26,841 nt of DNA, taken from Minisyncoccia bacterium (lineage in GTDB: Bacteria; Patescibacteriota; Minisyncoccia; SW-4-49-11). Positions within the stretch are counted from its first letter, which is position 1, and each line of letters begins with the position of its first letter. The stretch covers positions 1 through 26,841 of the forward strand of contig JBMTTF010000001.1 of the NCBI GenBank assembly GCA_049449075.1, given 5' to 3'. The translations under genes and the position numbers were made by a program. Positions 8,694-18,812 of the stretch are shown here, in pieces. The notes under the pieces were generated by a model, which searched no databases, was not told the DNA's origin, and saw nothing but the letters and a program-made list of their open reading frames with translations.

Positions 8694-8721
8694 AAGTTTA
8701 ATATTGTATACAATAATTAAT

Positions 8722-9450
8722 ATGGTTACAAAAAAACTAATTCAGATAGATAGTGTGTCCAAATATTTTAACTTGCAGAGTAAGAACAATAGTCGCTCTG
8801 GCGGTCAAATGGACGGGTTTCAGGCTTTCACAAGTACAGCTAACCCTGTTTTAAAAGATATAACTTTGGATATCGACCAAGGAGAGTGGATCGGTATAAT
8901 TGGAAAAAACGGGAGTGGAAAAAGCACATTGCTTAAATTACTAGCAGGTATTCATACTCCTGATAAAGGTCAGGTAAAGGTATCTGGTTCGGTTTTGCCT
9001 TTTTTTGGGCCTGATGAAATACTACATCCAGAAGGGAGAGCAGAGGATGCAGTCTTAGTTAAAGCCTTACAAGTTGGCTTACCAAGAGAAGATATTGCTA
9101 AAATTTATAATAATATTATTAATTTTTCAGAACTTCATGATTTTACTTCTCAGAAAATAAAGTTCCTATCTACTGGTATGAAAACCAGGCTTATTTTAGG
9201 GCTTATTCTCAATATCAATGCCGATATTTATCTTTTTGATGAAATTCCTGCTACTACTGATGCCACTTTCCAAGTTAAAGTTAATAATCGACTCCAAAGA
9301 TTAAAACAAATGGGTAAAACCGCTATTATTGTTAGCCATAATATGGATGAGGTTAAACAACATTGTAATAAATGTATTTTACTACACAAAGGAGAGTTAG
9401 TAGCTTACGATGATACCAATACTATTTTAAAACTTTATAATCAAATGTAA
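8722..9450 (+). CDS. ABC transporter ATP-binding protein, Wzt/TagH (polysaccharide export) like
   Basis: Walker A GKNGSGKST, signature LSTGMKTRL, Walker B IYLFDE, H-loop IVSH; layout resembles Wzt. Confidence 0.8.
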   Translation: MVTKKLIQIDSVSKYFNLQSKNNSRSGGQMDGFQAFTSTANPVLKDITLDIDQGEWIGIIGKNGSGKSTLLKLLAGIHTPDKGQVKVSGSVLPFFGPDEILHPEGRAEDAVLVKALQVGLPREDIAKIYNNIINFSELHDFTSQKIKFLSTGMKTRLILGLILNINADIYLFDEIPATTDATFQVKVNNRLQRLKQMGKTAIIVSHNMDEVKQHCNKCILLHKGELVAYDDTNTILKLYNQM

Positions 9451-9456
9451 TCACAT

Positions 9457-9909
9457 TCAATCTTGTAGTAACTTATCTATTTCATGTCTGAAGCCCTTTA
9501 TAGTTCTAAAATCTCTATAGATAGAAGCAAATCTAATATAGGCTACTTCATCGAACATTTTGAGATGCTTTAGAACTGTATCTCCAATTTGCTTGGTAGA
9601 GATTTCTTTAGGGTCTTTTTTGAATAAATCTACTTCAATTTTGAGTATAAAATCTCTAATTTTATCTTGAGTAAACGGTCTCTTATGCAGAGAGATTGAA
9701 ACAGCTTTCAAAAGTTTATCAGTACTATATCTTTCTTTTACTCCTGATTTCTTAACTACCATAACATCTAATACTTCTCTAGTCTCAGCAGTAGTAAACC
9801 TATAGTGACACTTCTCACATATTCTACGTCGTCTCACCATTATATCATCTCTAGACAATCTAGAATCTGTGATTCTCGTATCTATATGTGAGCATTGTGG
9901 ACATTTCAT
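9457..9909 (-). CDS. nrdR: Transcriptional repressor NrdR
   Basis: MKCPQC, RRRICEKCHYRFTT, ATP cone, VAYIRFASIYRDF. Confidence 0.98.
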   Translation of the reverse strand: MKCPQCSHIDTRITDSRLSRDDIMVRRRRICEKCHYRFTTAETREVLDVMVVKKSGVKERYSTDKLLKAVSISLHKRPFTQDKIRDFILKIEVDLFKKDPKEISTKQIGDTVLKHLKMFDEVAYIRFASIYRDFRTIKGFRHEIDKLLQD

Positions 9910-10430
9910 TTTTTTGATTTGAATCTAGCTTTTTTGGTAGACGATTTAAGAAATGGAAAGAATAATACTGGGGATATAGTCCAGAATATTTGAAAGGATT
10001 CTTTACTGAATAAAGATTGTTCAATTATATTTAAAATTGATTTATCTTGAGTTTTGATTACACTCAAAATATTAACAAGCAATAGACCTACTACTGATAC
10101 TCCAAATAATAGATTGCGCCACAATGGTTTTTTAGCAATGCTAAGATTAGATGAAAGAGCTGAGCTTTGTAAAACCCAATTTATAATAATAGTTAAAACT
10201 AAAAATAATACAGCATCCCCCGGTAAATTAACAACTTTTGGAAGTTCCCAAGGATATATATTAGATAAAACTTGAGCAATATATAGAGCGATAGCTAAAA
10301 TATAAATATTCTTTACTCCTTTATTATAAATATACAAAGATAAGCCTAGAACTAAGACTATACTAATGAATATATCTCCCGAGATTGAGCTCCAGGTTAC
10401 TTTACCAAATAGAGGTTCTAATGTATCCAT
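9906..10430 (-). CDS. Hypothetical multi-pass membrane protein
   Basis: 174 aa with about 5 hydrophobic segments and a basic C-tail; ATGA overlap with nrdR. Confidence 0.75.
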   Translation of the reverse strand: MDTLEPLFGKVTWSSISGDIFISIVLVLGLSLYIYNKGVKNIYILAIALYIAQVLSNIYPWELPKVVNLPGDAVLFLVLTIIINWVLQSSALSSNLSIAKKPLWRNLLFGVSVVGLLLVNILSVIKTQDKSILNIIEQSLFSKESFQIFWTISPVLFFPFLKSSTKKARFKSKK

Positions 10431-10463
10431 ATTTTTATATTTAAGTTATATTTTTATACTATA

Positions 10464-11570
10464 TCAAATACCTTCAGATTGCAAATCTTTTAGTAATTGT
10501 TGAGCTCGGCGAGAAATATTCTTTGGAGTAGATATCCTAACTGTCACATACATATCTCCATACCCTCGACCTTGTAAATGAGGCATACCTTTCTCACGAA
10601 GCCGGAAAACTTCTCCTGATTGGGTATGTTTTGGAATTTTTAAATTTAATTCTCCAGCTATAGTCTCTATGTCTAGATTACCACCTAATACAGCTGTGGT
10701 ATAGACTATATCTTGAGTCAGATATATATCATCTCCCCGTCTCTCAAACCTTTTATGAGGTTTAACTGAGATACTAATATAAATATTTCCATTTACCCCA
10801 CCATAAGGAGCAGCCTCACCTTCTCCTCTCATTTCTAAAGTCTGACCATTAGAAATTCCTTTTGGAATCTCGATTTTTATAGATTTCTTTTTTCGCTTGA
10901 CACCGGTTCCCTGACAGCTTTTACAATTAGATTCTGGGATTGTACCTTTACCCTGACAAGTCCCACAAGTAGCTCGCTGATTAAAAGTCCCGAGCATAGT
11001 CCTGACCTGTTGTTCCACATACCCATTACCTCTACATGTAGGACATTGTTTGGTCTTTTTGTTCTGCGCTCCACTACCATCACAAGCCTCACATGTGGTA
11101 TTGAGGTCTAAATCTATAGACTTAGAAATTCCAGTATAAGCTTCTTCCAAGCTAATATCTACTGCTATTTCAATATCTCGTCCACGAGCCTGTTTCCTAG
11201 AACCACTTCTACCACCTCCGGCTCCGAATACATCTGCAAACACATCCTCAAAACCACCTCCACCAAAAGAAAATCCAGCCTGCCCAAAAACATCATCAAA
11301 AGAAAATCCCTGAGCGCCACCGCCAAAACCAGAGAATCCACTTGCCCCCCCTGTAGCTTGCTGATAATTGGAACCAAATTGATTATACTGTTGTCGTTTT
11401 TGTGGGTCACTCAGATTCTGATAAGCCTCATTGACCTCTTTGAATTTAGCCTCATCTCCACCCTTTTTATCCGGATGATAGGTATGTGCTAATTTACGAT
11501 AAGACTTCTTTATCTCAGATTCACTGGCATCTTTGGACACCCCTAATATTTCATAATAATCTCTTGCCAT
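10464..11570 (-). CDS. dnaJ: Chaperone DnaJ
   Basis: J-domain with HPD, G/F-rich region, four CxxCxGxG repeats, C-terminal domain. Confidence 0.99.
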   Translation of the reverse strand: MARDYYEILGVSKDASESEIKKSYRKLAHTYHPDKKGGDEAKFKEVNEAYQNLSDPQKRQQYNQFGSNYQQATGGASGFSGFGGGAQGFSFDDVFGQAGFSFGGGGFEDVFADVFGAGGGRSGSRKQARGRDIEIAVDISLEEAYTGISKSIDLDLNTTCEACDGSGAQNKKTKQCPTCRGNGYVEQQVRTMLGTFNQRATCGTCQGKGTIPESNCKSCQGTGVKRKKKSIKIEIPKGISNGQTLEMRGEGEAAPYGGVNGNIYISISVKPHKRFERRGDDIYLTQDIVYTTAVLGGNLDIETIAGELNLKIPKHTQSGEVFRLREKGMPHLQGRGYGDMYVTVRISTPKNISRRAQQLLKDLQSEGI

Positions 11571-11601
11571 TGCACTTACATTTAATTGTTTTATACAAAA
11601 T

Positions 11602-11630
11602 ATTATACATTATTAGCACTAATCTGTACA
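11602..11630 (-). promoter_or_regulatory. Probable dnaJ promoter
   Basis: TGTACA-17 bp-TATAAT; the -35 element lies in the CIRCE spacer. Confidence 0.5.
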
Positions 11631-11639
11631 GAGTGCTAT
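11613..11639. promoter_or_regulatory. CIRCE element (HrcA operator)
   Basis: TTAGCACTA-ATCTGTACA-GAGTGCTAT versus consensus TTAGCACTC-N9-GAGTGCTAA, directly upstream of dnaJ. Confidence 0.85.
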
Positions 11640-11648
11640 CTTACCTGT

Positions 11649-12584
11649 CTACAAGCTTAAAGTTTCTTTTTTTGTTGATTTGAGATTGAGTTTTACTAGA
11701 TTGAATTTGAGACTATAATATTTTATAAGATTAGTAATAATTCTAATTCCAAATTGGAGTATTCCTATAAATGGTAAAAAGCTTAAAAACACTATTAGAG
11801 AGACTACTATACCCCAAAGTGGCCCACTCATCCAGGGAGCGATAAATCTATTAATATAATTGATAAAAGCTTGAATAACAGGGGTGTCTTTATTAATAGA
11901 AATATCAAATCTATCTGATAAATTATTTATTTGATTTTGAACGACTGCATCTCTATTAACACCTCTTGAGTCTAAATTGTCTAATTCTGTTTGAATATCT
12001 AATTGATCTGATACATAATTCCCAACTGACATTCTAGGATCAAAATCTGGAACAATGTCTTGAATAACAGGAGCCCAAGTTTGAATTTGACTATTTAGAA
12101 AGGATTCATCTAAAACAATACCGTTGGGATTAGTACGGATTGTGTTCCCATAAATAAAAACGGAGGTTAATAACATTAGCCAGACTATTATTCCTTTGGT
12201 ATGAGGCAAAACTATAGTCTTTACTCTAAATTTGATATGATCACTAGCACTTTCATTAATGTCATTAATGGCTCTAAATAGTGTTTTGATACCTAGAATT
12301 AAAGTGAAAGCTATTATTAGAGCAGTCATGATATCAAATAAAAATCCGATTAAAATTAATGGTAAGATTTGTAAAAGTATAAATGAAATATTATGGTTAG
12401 AGCCTCTGTAAATACAAACATAATATGATAATGCTGATATATATAAAACTCCAAAGAAAATAGCGATGACACCCCCTAAGATAATTGGAATATTACCAAT
12501 CACTGAGTTAGCTATAATAATAACAGTAATCCAGAGTAAAAGACTTATACTAGATTCTATGATTAATAATTTTTTATGCTGCAT
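11649..12584 (-). CDS. Hypothetical membrane protein (N-terminal TM bundle, soluble loop, C-terminal TM)
   Basis: 311-aa ORF 9 bp after mutL; several hydrophobic helices; no family recognised. Confidence 0.75.
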   Translation of the reverse strand: MQHKKLLIIESSISLLLWITVIIIANSVIGNIPIILGGVIAIFFGVLYISALSYYVCIYRGSNHNISFILLQILPLILIGFLFDIMTALIIAFTLILGIKTLFRAINDINESASDHIKFRVKTIVLPHTKGIIVWLMLLTSVFIYGNTIRTNPNGIVLDESFLNSQIQTWAPVIQDIVPDFDPRMSVGNYVSDQLDIQTELDNLDSRGVNRDAVVQNQINNLSDRFDISINKDTPVIQAFINYINRFIAPWMSGPLWGIVVSLIVFLSFLPFIGILQFGIRIITNLIKYYSLKFNLVKLNLKSTKKETLSL

Positions 12585-12593
12585 ATGGATTTA

Positions 12594-14369
12594 TTATCGT
12601 GAAAATTGTTTTTCGAACCAATCCTGATCTAATTGTACCATAGTTGGTCGTCCATGGCAGCATGCAAATCCAAAATCGGTCTTTGCAGCCTCTAGAATTA
12701 AGGCTTCTATTTCTTGTTGTGTCATACTATATCCAGCTTTAATAGCTGACTTACAAGCTATGGTCTTTAACAATTCTATTCTTAGTTCAGACAATTCCAT
12801 AGTCTGTCCTCTCTCTTGAATTTGTGCAATTATTGTTTTGATATGTTCTTCCGCTTTTTGAGTTTTGGAAAGAAAAGTTGGTAAAGCTCTGATTATAATT
12901 TCACTGGCTCCAAAATCATCCACCTCGAATCCCGGAATTTTAGATAAAACTTCTATGGTAATATCTTTCTCTGATTGAGGTACACTGATCGCAATTGGGA
13001 ATAATAGCGCTTGAGACTTTACTGTCTCATCTTTATTCATCAATTGCTCTAAAATTACTTTCTCATGCACAGCATGCTGATCTAAAATCATAATTCCATT
13101 TTGATTAGGATAGACTATATAAGTATCAAAAATATGTAGAAAATCTGGTTTAGCAGTATCAGCTTCTAGTAACTCTCTAAAATTTGGTTGTATTTTATGG
13201 AAGTTATATTGCGATTTTGGAATTTGTTTGGGTGTATATTGAGACAAATTCATCTCAGCCACTTGAGTGTTCTGATAAGTCTTAAATGAGTCATTATAAG
13301 GCTTGAAACTATAGTTTTTGACCTCTCTAGGGGTGGGGATTGCATCGTCTGCAATTGGATTGGATTGAATGGAATGTGGTTTTAGAATAACATCAAAAGC
13401 TGATTTCTGAAGAGTGTCTCTTATTAAATATTTTATAGTCTGGAACACAACTCTGTCATCAATGAATTTGACTTCAGTTTTCCTTGGATGCACATTGACA
13501 TCTAGTTCTTGTGGTGGGACAAAAATAGATACAAAGGCAAAAGGATAATGTCCCACTTCTAGCATAGTATCAAAACCTTGTTGAATAGCTTTATTGATAA
13601 GTGGTTGTATGACAGGACGATTATTAATAAAAATATGGTATTGAGATGATTTTCTAGAAATTCTAGGATGTCCAATATATCCTATGGCTTTTAAGTTTTG
13701 TTTTTGTGAATCTACTAATAATAAATATTCTGGCTCTTGGATTTTGAGTATATTGATAGTTCTAGTTAATAAATCACTAGTCTTAACATTGATTATTTCT
13801 CGATTTTGAGACTTATAGATAAAGGATACTTCTGGATGTACCAAAGCTATTTCTTCTATAATTTTTGTAATATGAGATAGTTCGGTGGTATTAGTCTTGA
13901 GGAATTTTTTGCGGGCAGGAACATTATAGAATAAATTTCTTATCGTAATAGTAGTACCTGTATTGGGCTTAGCTACTGATTTTATTTGAGTTGTATGTGG
14001 ATTATAAAAATATCCAGTCTTATCTATCTTAGTTTTAGTAATTAACTCTACTTGAGAAACAGCCTGAATACTCGATAAAGCCTCTCCTCTAAAGCCCATA
14101 GTAAACAAACTATGCAAATCTTCAATTTTCTCAATTTTGCTAGTGGCATGTCTTTTGAATAAATTCTCAAAGTCATCTTTAGCAATCCCAGAGCCATTGT
14201 CTTTGATAATTATCTCAGTTAGTCCAGCATCTAATACTTCAATTTGTATTTCGGTAGCTCCAGCATCAAGAGAATTTTCCACTAATTCTTTCACAATCGA
14301 GGCGGGTCTCTCGACGACTTCTCCAGCAGCAATTTGATTAATAATATTTTTAGGTAACAAATTTATCAT
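12594..14369 (-). CDS. mutL: DNA mismatch repair endonuclease MutL
   Basis: NQIAAGEVVERPASIVKELVENSLDAG, MGFRGEAL, DVNVHPRKTEV, DQHAVHEK, ACKSAIK, CCHGRP. Confidence 0.99.
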   Translation of the reverse strand: MINLLPKNIINQIAAGEVVERPASIVKELVENSLDAGATEIQIEVLDAGLTEIIIKDNGSGIAKDDFENLFKRHATSKIEKIEDLHSLFTMGFRGEALSSIQAVSQVELITKTKIDKTGYFYNPHTTQIKSVAKPNTGTTITIRNLFYNVPARKKFLKTNTTELSHITKIIEEIALVHPEVSFIYKSQNREIINVKTSDLLTRTINILKIQEPEYLLLVDSQKQNLKAIGYIGHPRISRKSSQYHIFINNRPVIQPLINKAIQQGFDTMLEVGHYPFAFVSIFVPPQELDVNVHPRKTEVKFIDDRVVFQTIKYLIRDTLQKSAFDVILKPHSIQSNPIADDAIPTPREVKNYSFKPYNDSFKTYQNTQVAEMNLSQYTPKQIPKSQYNFHKIQPNFRELLEADTAKPDFLHIFDTYIVYPNQNGIMILDQHAVHEKVILEQLMNKDETVKSQALLFPIAISVPQSEKDITIEVLSKIPGFEVDDFGASEIIIRALPTFLSKTQKAEEHIKTIIAQIQERGQTMELSELRIELLKTIACKSAIKAGYSMTQQEIEALILEAAKTDFGFACCHGRPTMVQLDQDWFEKQFSR

Positions 14370-16921
14370 AGAGGGTTATTTTTTTGTAATTCATCTAATA
14401 TAGCCAGAGCTTGTATTGGAGTCATGTCATTCAGATTATAGGAGTGTAAGTTTTGTATGAGATTTTGGTATTGCTCTGTCTGTTGAGTGTCTGCTTGTAT
14501 ATGTATATTGTTAGTATTTGTCATTTCTAAGAATGATAATTGAGATTTTTTCTGCTCATATTGTATAAGTGCATTCTTTGCTAATTCTAACACATCTGAA
14601 GGGAATCCTGCTAATTTAGCAATAGCTATCCCATAACTTTTATCTGCTCCACCTTGTTCTATACGATGTAGAAATATAATATCCTCTGTATTGTCTTGGA
14701 TTATCACCTGATAATTGACTACTCCTATCAACTCAGATTCCAGACTTAATAATTCATGATAATGAGTAGCAAAAAGAGTTCTTGCCTGAATAGTATTATG
14801 AATATATTCAATCAAAGCTTTAGCTATACTCATACCATCATAGGTGGAAGTTCCACGACCTACTTCATCTAAAATAATCAAGCTCGACTTACTGGCATTG
14901 TGTAGAATATTAGACACTTCCAACATCTCCACCATAAAAGTACTATGCCCCTCACTCATATTATCCGATGCTCCGACTCTAGTAAAAATTCTATCTACCA
15001 CACCAATCTCAGCTTTATTAACTGGAACAAAATAGCCAATTTGAGCCAAAAGTACTATCAAAGCTATTTGTCTAATATAAGTAGACTTTCCTCCCATATT
15101 GGGTCCCGTGATTAACATCAAAGAGTGATCCGGTTCAGCTAATTTACAATCATTGGGCACGTATTCAGTAATCAACTGTTCTAGTACTGGATGCCGACCA
15201 GCTTCTATGTAGAGATTTGGTTTTTTACTCACTTTAGGACGGGTATAACTCCACTCTAAAGCCAACTTAGCTCCTGCTTGCACACAGTCAATATAAGCAA
15301 TGGTTTTAGAAACTATATAAATCTGCTCGGCCTCAGCTATAATTGCTTGTCTTAAATCTTCAAAAACAATTTGCTCTAAACTCAGCAATTCAGCTTCTGA
15401 ACTAAGGATTTTCTCTTCAAACTCTTTAAGCTCTGGAGTAATATATCGCTCAGCATTAGCCAGAGTTTGCTTTTTTATATAATTTTCTGGCAAGTTTTGA
15501 TTTTTATAAGCATTACTAATCTCTATATAATAGCCAAAAACTTTATTATATTTGACTTTGAGAGAATTGATACCAGTGCGAGATTGTTCCTGAGATTGTA
15601 ATTCCAGTAAATAGTCTTTACCTCCCTGACTTAAATTTAATAACTCATCTATATCTTGACGATAGCCTCTGGCTACAAAGCCGCCATCCCTAGCCAAAAT
15701 TGGGACATTTTCTTGTAAAGCTTTTTGTAATTCTTGGTGTAAAGATTGTAATTTTAATAAAGCTTTTTGAGCAGGCTTAGTATAAGAAGCCTGGTCCAGC
15801 TTTAGAATTGTAGAAATATTAGAAAAGCTTTTGGAAAGCAGAGCCATATCTCTAGGGCCACCCACATTACTAGACAGCCTGGCTAATAATCGCTCTATAT
15901 CTGCAACTTGAGGCAATAATTCTCTTGTCTGATTAATTAAATCTAAGTTATCTAGATAATTCTGTATATGCTCTTGACGAGTATTAATAGACTTAATTTC
16001 TAGCAATGGAGACAATATCCAAGACCTCAACATTCTAGAGCCTAAAGGATTTTTGGTATAATTAATAGCTTGATAAAAAGTTTTACCTTTTTGGCTCGCT
16101 CTTGGGAGCTGGAATAACTCTAAATTCTGAATAGTTTGACTATCTAGTCGCATATATTGAGCTAGAGAAATGAGCTTTAGTTTAGTAATATGTTTCAAAT
16201 CCTCTTGCTGAGTATAAGTAAGATAAGTAAGCAAAGCCCCAGCTGGTGATAATCTCATATCATCAATCTCAAAACCAAAACCTGTCATACTACTCACGCC
16301 AAAATGTTTAGTCAAAACTTCAATTGACCGCTCTAATTGAAAATTCCATTTGGATTCAAGCACAATCCTAATATTTAATTTTTGCAGCTTTTCTAATAAT
16401 TCACTATTTTCTGGAATTATAATCTCTTTAACCTGCTTAGATTGCAGAATATCTTGTAATTCCACCTCCATAAATTCACCAACCTCAAAGAGCCCAGTAC
16501 CCAAATCAGCTAAAGCCAAATACACTAAACCTTTATAAGTACTGATACTAGCTATATATCTTGATTCTGTAGATTCTATATCCAAAAGAGCAGTCCCTGG
16601 AGTTATAACTTTTACTACTTTTCTTAACACTAATCCCTTAGAGTCCTGAGCCAAGCCTTGTTGTTCACATAAAGCAACTGAATAGCCAGCCTTTATTAAT
16701 TTTTGAATATATTGAGTTGAGGAGTGATAAGGAACCCCACACATTGGGATACTACCGTCTACATTATTCTTCCGCGCAGTTAAAACTAAATCTAAGATTG
16801 GAGCTACCAATTTTGCATCTTCAGCAAACATCTCATAAAAGTCTCCTAGTCGAAAGAATAAAATATCATTTGGATAATCTTTTTTTATCTCATAAAACTG
16901 AGTCATCATCGGAGACGGCAT
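14366..16921 (-). CDS. mutS: DNA mismatch repair protein MutS
   Basis: FFRLGDFYEMF, PMCGVPYH, TGPNMGGKST, STFMVEM, DEVGRGTST, FATHYHEL, SYGIAIA; ATGA overlap with mutL. Confidence 0.99.
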   Translation of the reverse strand: MPSPMMTQFYEIKKDYPNDILFFRLGDFYEMFAEDAKLVAPILDLVLTARKNNVDGSIPMCGVPYHSSTQYIQKLIKAGYSVALCEQQGLAQDSKGLVLRKVVKVITPGTALLDIESTESRYIASISTYKGLVYLALADLGTGLFEVGEFMEVELQDILQSKQVKEIIIPENSELLEKLQKLNIRIVLESKWNFQLERSIEVLTKHFGVSSMTGFGFEIDDMRLSPAGALLTYLTYTQQEDLKHITKLKLISLAQYMRLDSQTIQNLELFQLPRASQKGKTFYQAINYTKNPLGSRMLRSWILSPLLEIKSINTRQEHIQNYLDNLDLINQTRELLPQVADIERLLARLSSNVGGPRDMALLSKSFSNISTILKLDQASYTKPAQKALLKLQSLHQELQKALQENVPILARDGGFVARGYRQDIDELLNLSQGGKDYLLELQSQEQSRTGINSLKVKYNKVFGYYIEISNAYKNQNLPENYIKKQTLANAERYITPELKEFEEKILSSEAELLSLEQIVFEDLRQAIIAEAEQIYIVSKTIAYIDCVQAGAKLALEWSYTRPKVSKKPNLYIEAGRHPVLEQLITEYVPNDCKLAEPDHSLMLITGPNMGGKSTYIRQIALIVLLAQIGYFVPVNKAEIGVVDRIFTRVGASDNMSEGHSTFMVEMLEVSNILHNASKSSLIILDEVGRGTSTYDGMSIAKALIEYIHNTIQARTLFATHYHELLSLESELIGVVNYQVIIQDNTEDIIFLHRIEQGGADKSYGIAIAKLAGFPSDVLELAKNALIQYEQKKSQLSFLEMTNTNNIHIQADTQQTEQYQNLIQNLHSYNLNDMTPIQALAILDELQKNNPL

Positions 16922-16954
16922 AACGGGAAGTTTTTATTAACTATAATTATATTT

Positions 16955-16983
16955 ATTATAGCAAATTACATAATAATAGTCTA
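16955..16983 (-). promoter_or_regulatory. Probable mutS-mutL promoter
   Basis: TAGACT-17 bp-TATAAT with TGn extension. Confidence 0.5.
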
Positions 16984-16985
16984 AA

Positions 16986-17019
16986 TTATAAAAACTCCTG
17001 TTAACAGAAGCTTTTATAA
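16986..17019 (-). terminator. Intrinsic terminator after tRNA-Leu(TAA)
   Basis: TTATAAAAGCTTCTG-TTAA-CAGGAGTTTTTATAA hairpin on the minus strand. Confidence 0.75.
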
Positions 17020-17039
17020 TCTTTTTAATTTGTTCTTTG

Positions 17040-17124
17040 TACTAGGAGAGGGACTCGAACCCTCACAGTGTTTAATCACCAACGGATTTTAAGTCCGTCG
17101 CGTCTACCATTCCGCCACCCTAGC
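17040..17124 (-). tRNA. tRNA-Leu (TAA), CCA not encoded
   Basis: GCTAGGG/TCCTAGT acceptor, ACGGA-CT TAA AA-TCCGT, long variable arm, GGTTCGAGTCC. Confidence 0.96.
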
Positions 17125-17138
17125 TATAAGGTAAAGTT

Positions 17139-17167
17139 ATTCTACCTTATTTTGAAAAAATTGGCAA
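17139..17167 (-). promoter_or_regulatory. sigma70 promoter of tRNA-Leu(TAA)
   Basis: TTGCCA-17 bp-TAGAAT. Confidence 0.65.
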
Positions 17168-17174
17168 GGCAACA

Positions 17175-18308
17175 TTATCTTTCCGCCTCATATCTATCTA
17201 ATCGGTTATATTGTTTAGTAAAGACCATTTGCCATAATTGTAAATATCCAGCCCTAAAACTACCAGCACAACTCAAAAGATAATATTCCCATAGTCTATA
17301 AAAGTCTTCCCCATATTTATCTTTTATTTCAGGCCAAGATTGCTTAAAGTTTTCATACCAAGCCATGAGAGTTGAATCATAATCAAGCCCAATATTATGT
17401 AAGTCCTGTATAGTTAGAATGCTTTCCCAAGAACTAGATAACTGCTGTAGGGATGGAACCTGCCCTCCTGGGAAGATATATTTATCTATCCAAGGCTCAG
17501 TCGTAGTAGTAGAGACACTATCTCCAATCGTATGTAATAAAGCCAACCCATCATCTTTGAGATGATTAGATACAATTTGCATAAAATCTTGATGATTCTT
17601 ATATCCAACATGCTCCAAAATACCAATGGAAACCACTCTATCAAAAGGAGTAGCCGAATAATCTCTATAGTCAGTTAATAGAATTTCTACTGGAAGATCT
17701 TTTACACTTTCTTGTCCCCATTTTTGTTGTTCTTTAGACAAGGTTACTCCTACACCAATAATACCATACTTTTCTGCTGCAAATTTTAACAAACCACCCC
17801 AACCACAACCAATATCTAACACCCTCATCCCTTTTTCTAGCTTTAGTTTACGACAAATCAAATCTAATTTATTTTCTTGTGCTTGATTTAGATTTTCTGC
17901 ATTTTTCCAATAAGCACAAGTATATTGCATATATGGATCAAGCATTCTTGTATATAAATCATTCCCTATATCATAATGTTCTTTGGCAACTCTTTTACTC
18001 TTTTCTTTATCTTGCAAATTCAACATCTTACTTTGCAAAACATATAACCGATTCTGCCAAGAACCACCAAAAACATCTGATAAAGCATCTAAAACCTTGT
18101 ACTTTCTAATACGAAATAAAAATTCATCCAAAGACTCCACGTCCCACCATCCTTCAACATACCCCTCTCCAACACCCATTGACCCATCCCTCAACATTCT
18201 TTGCCAAATAGCTGGATTTTTAACTTGAAAGTCCCAAGCTCTATCTCCATTAACTTGAATATCTCCCAAAGCCATAGCTTCTGTGAATAATTTTTCTACT
18301 TTTTCCAT
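17175..18308 (-). CDS. cfa: Cyclopropane-fatty-acyl-phospholipid synthase
   Basis: HYDIGNDLY, YTCAYW, LDIGCGWGG SAM motif, SIGILEHVG, WIDKYIFPGG, RLWEYYLLSCAGSF. Confidence 0.95.
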   Translation of the reverse strand: MEKVEKLFTEAMALGDIQVNGDRAWDFQVKNPAIWQRMLRDGSMGVGEGYVEGWWDVESLDEFLFRIRKYKVLDALSDVFGGSWQNRLYVLQSKMLNLQDKEKSKRVAKEHYDIGNDLYTRMLDPYMQYTCAYWKNAENLNQAQENKLDLICRKLKLEKGMRVLDIGCGWGGLLKFAAEKYGIIGVGVTLSKEQQKWGQESVKDLPVEILLTDYRDYSATPFDRVVSIGILEHVGYKNHQDFMQIVSNHLKDDGLALLHTIGDSVSTTTTEPWIDKYIFPGGQVPSLQQLSSSWESILTIQDLHNIGLDYDSTLMAWYENFKQSWPEIKDKYGEDFYRLWEYYLLSCAGSFRAGYLQLWQMVFTKQYNRLDRYEAER

Positions 18309-18407
18309 ATTATACTGTATTATTTATACTTCACAATAATTTTATATCAAATTACATGTCAAATATAATTTTAATATAAAATCTTCTATATTTCAATATC
18401 AACCCAA

Positions 18408-18423
18408 TGTTCCACGTGGAACA
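18408..18423. promoter_or_regulatory. parS site 1
   Basis: Perfect palindrome TGTTCCACGTGGAACA matching the ParB/Spo0J parS consensus. Confidence 0.9.
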
Positions 18424-18425
18424 TT

Positions 18426-18812
18426 TCAGTCAAGACCCTCTAAAATATTAGGATAAAACCTAATCCAACTTTTTTTATGACAATTATCCACAATGCAGCC
18501 AATAGCGTCAATCGTAATATCTATATTGTTAAATTTTAGCTTCTGTACATACATCTGAGTCCCTAGTTTTAAATGTGTCATCTTCCTTGGAGTAATATTA
18601 TATATCGGAAATTCTAAGTTATCCCCAGGTTTTCCACATTTATACACAGTTTTTACTTCTATAATATGAAGAACTCTATCTTTCATCGCCACAATATCTA
18701 ACTCTGAAAACTTACCCAGCCTTATATTCTGGTCGATGATTTCAAATCCTTTAGATATTAAAAACTTTACTGCCAATCTTTCACCTAAATCACCTTTATT
18801 TTTTGTATCCAT
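18426..18812 (-). CDS. yraN: YraN family (UPF0102) PD-(D/E)xK nuclease-like protein
   Basis: GDLGERLAVKFL..KGFEII, ELDIVA, IIEVKT, ITPRK, IDAI motifs. Confidence 0.9.
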   Translation of the reverse strand: MDTKNKGDLGERLAVKFLISKGFEIIDQNIRLGKFSELDIVAMKDRVLHIIEVKTVYKCGKPGDNLEFPIYNITPRKMTHLKLGTQMYVQKLKFNNIDITIDAIGCIVDNCHKKSWIRFYPNILEGLD

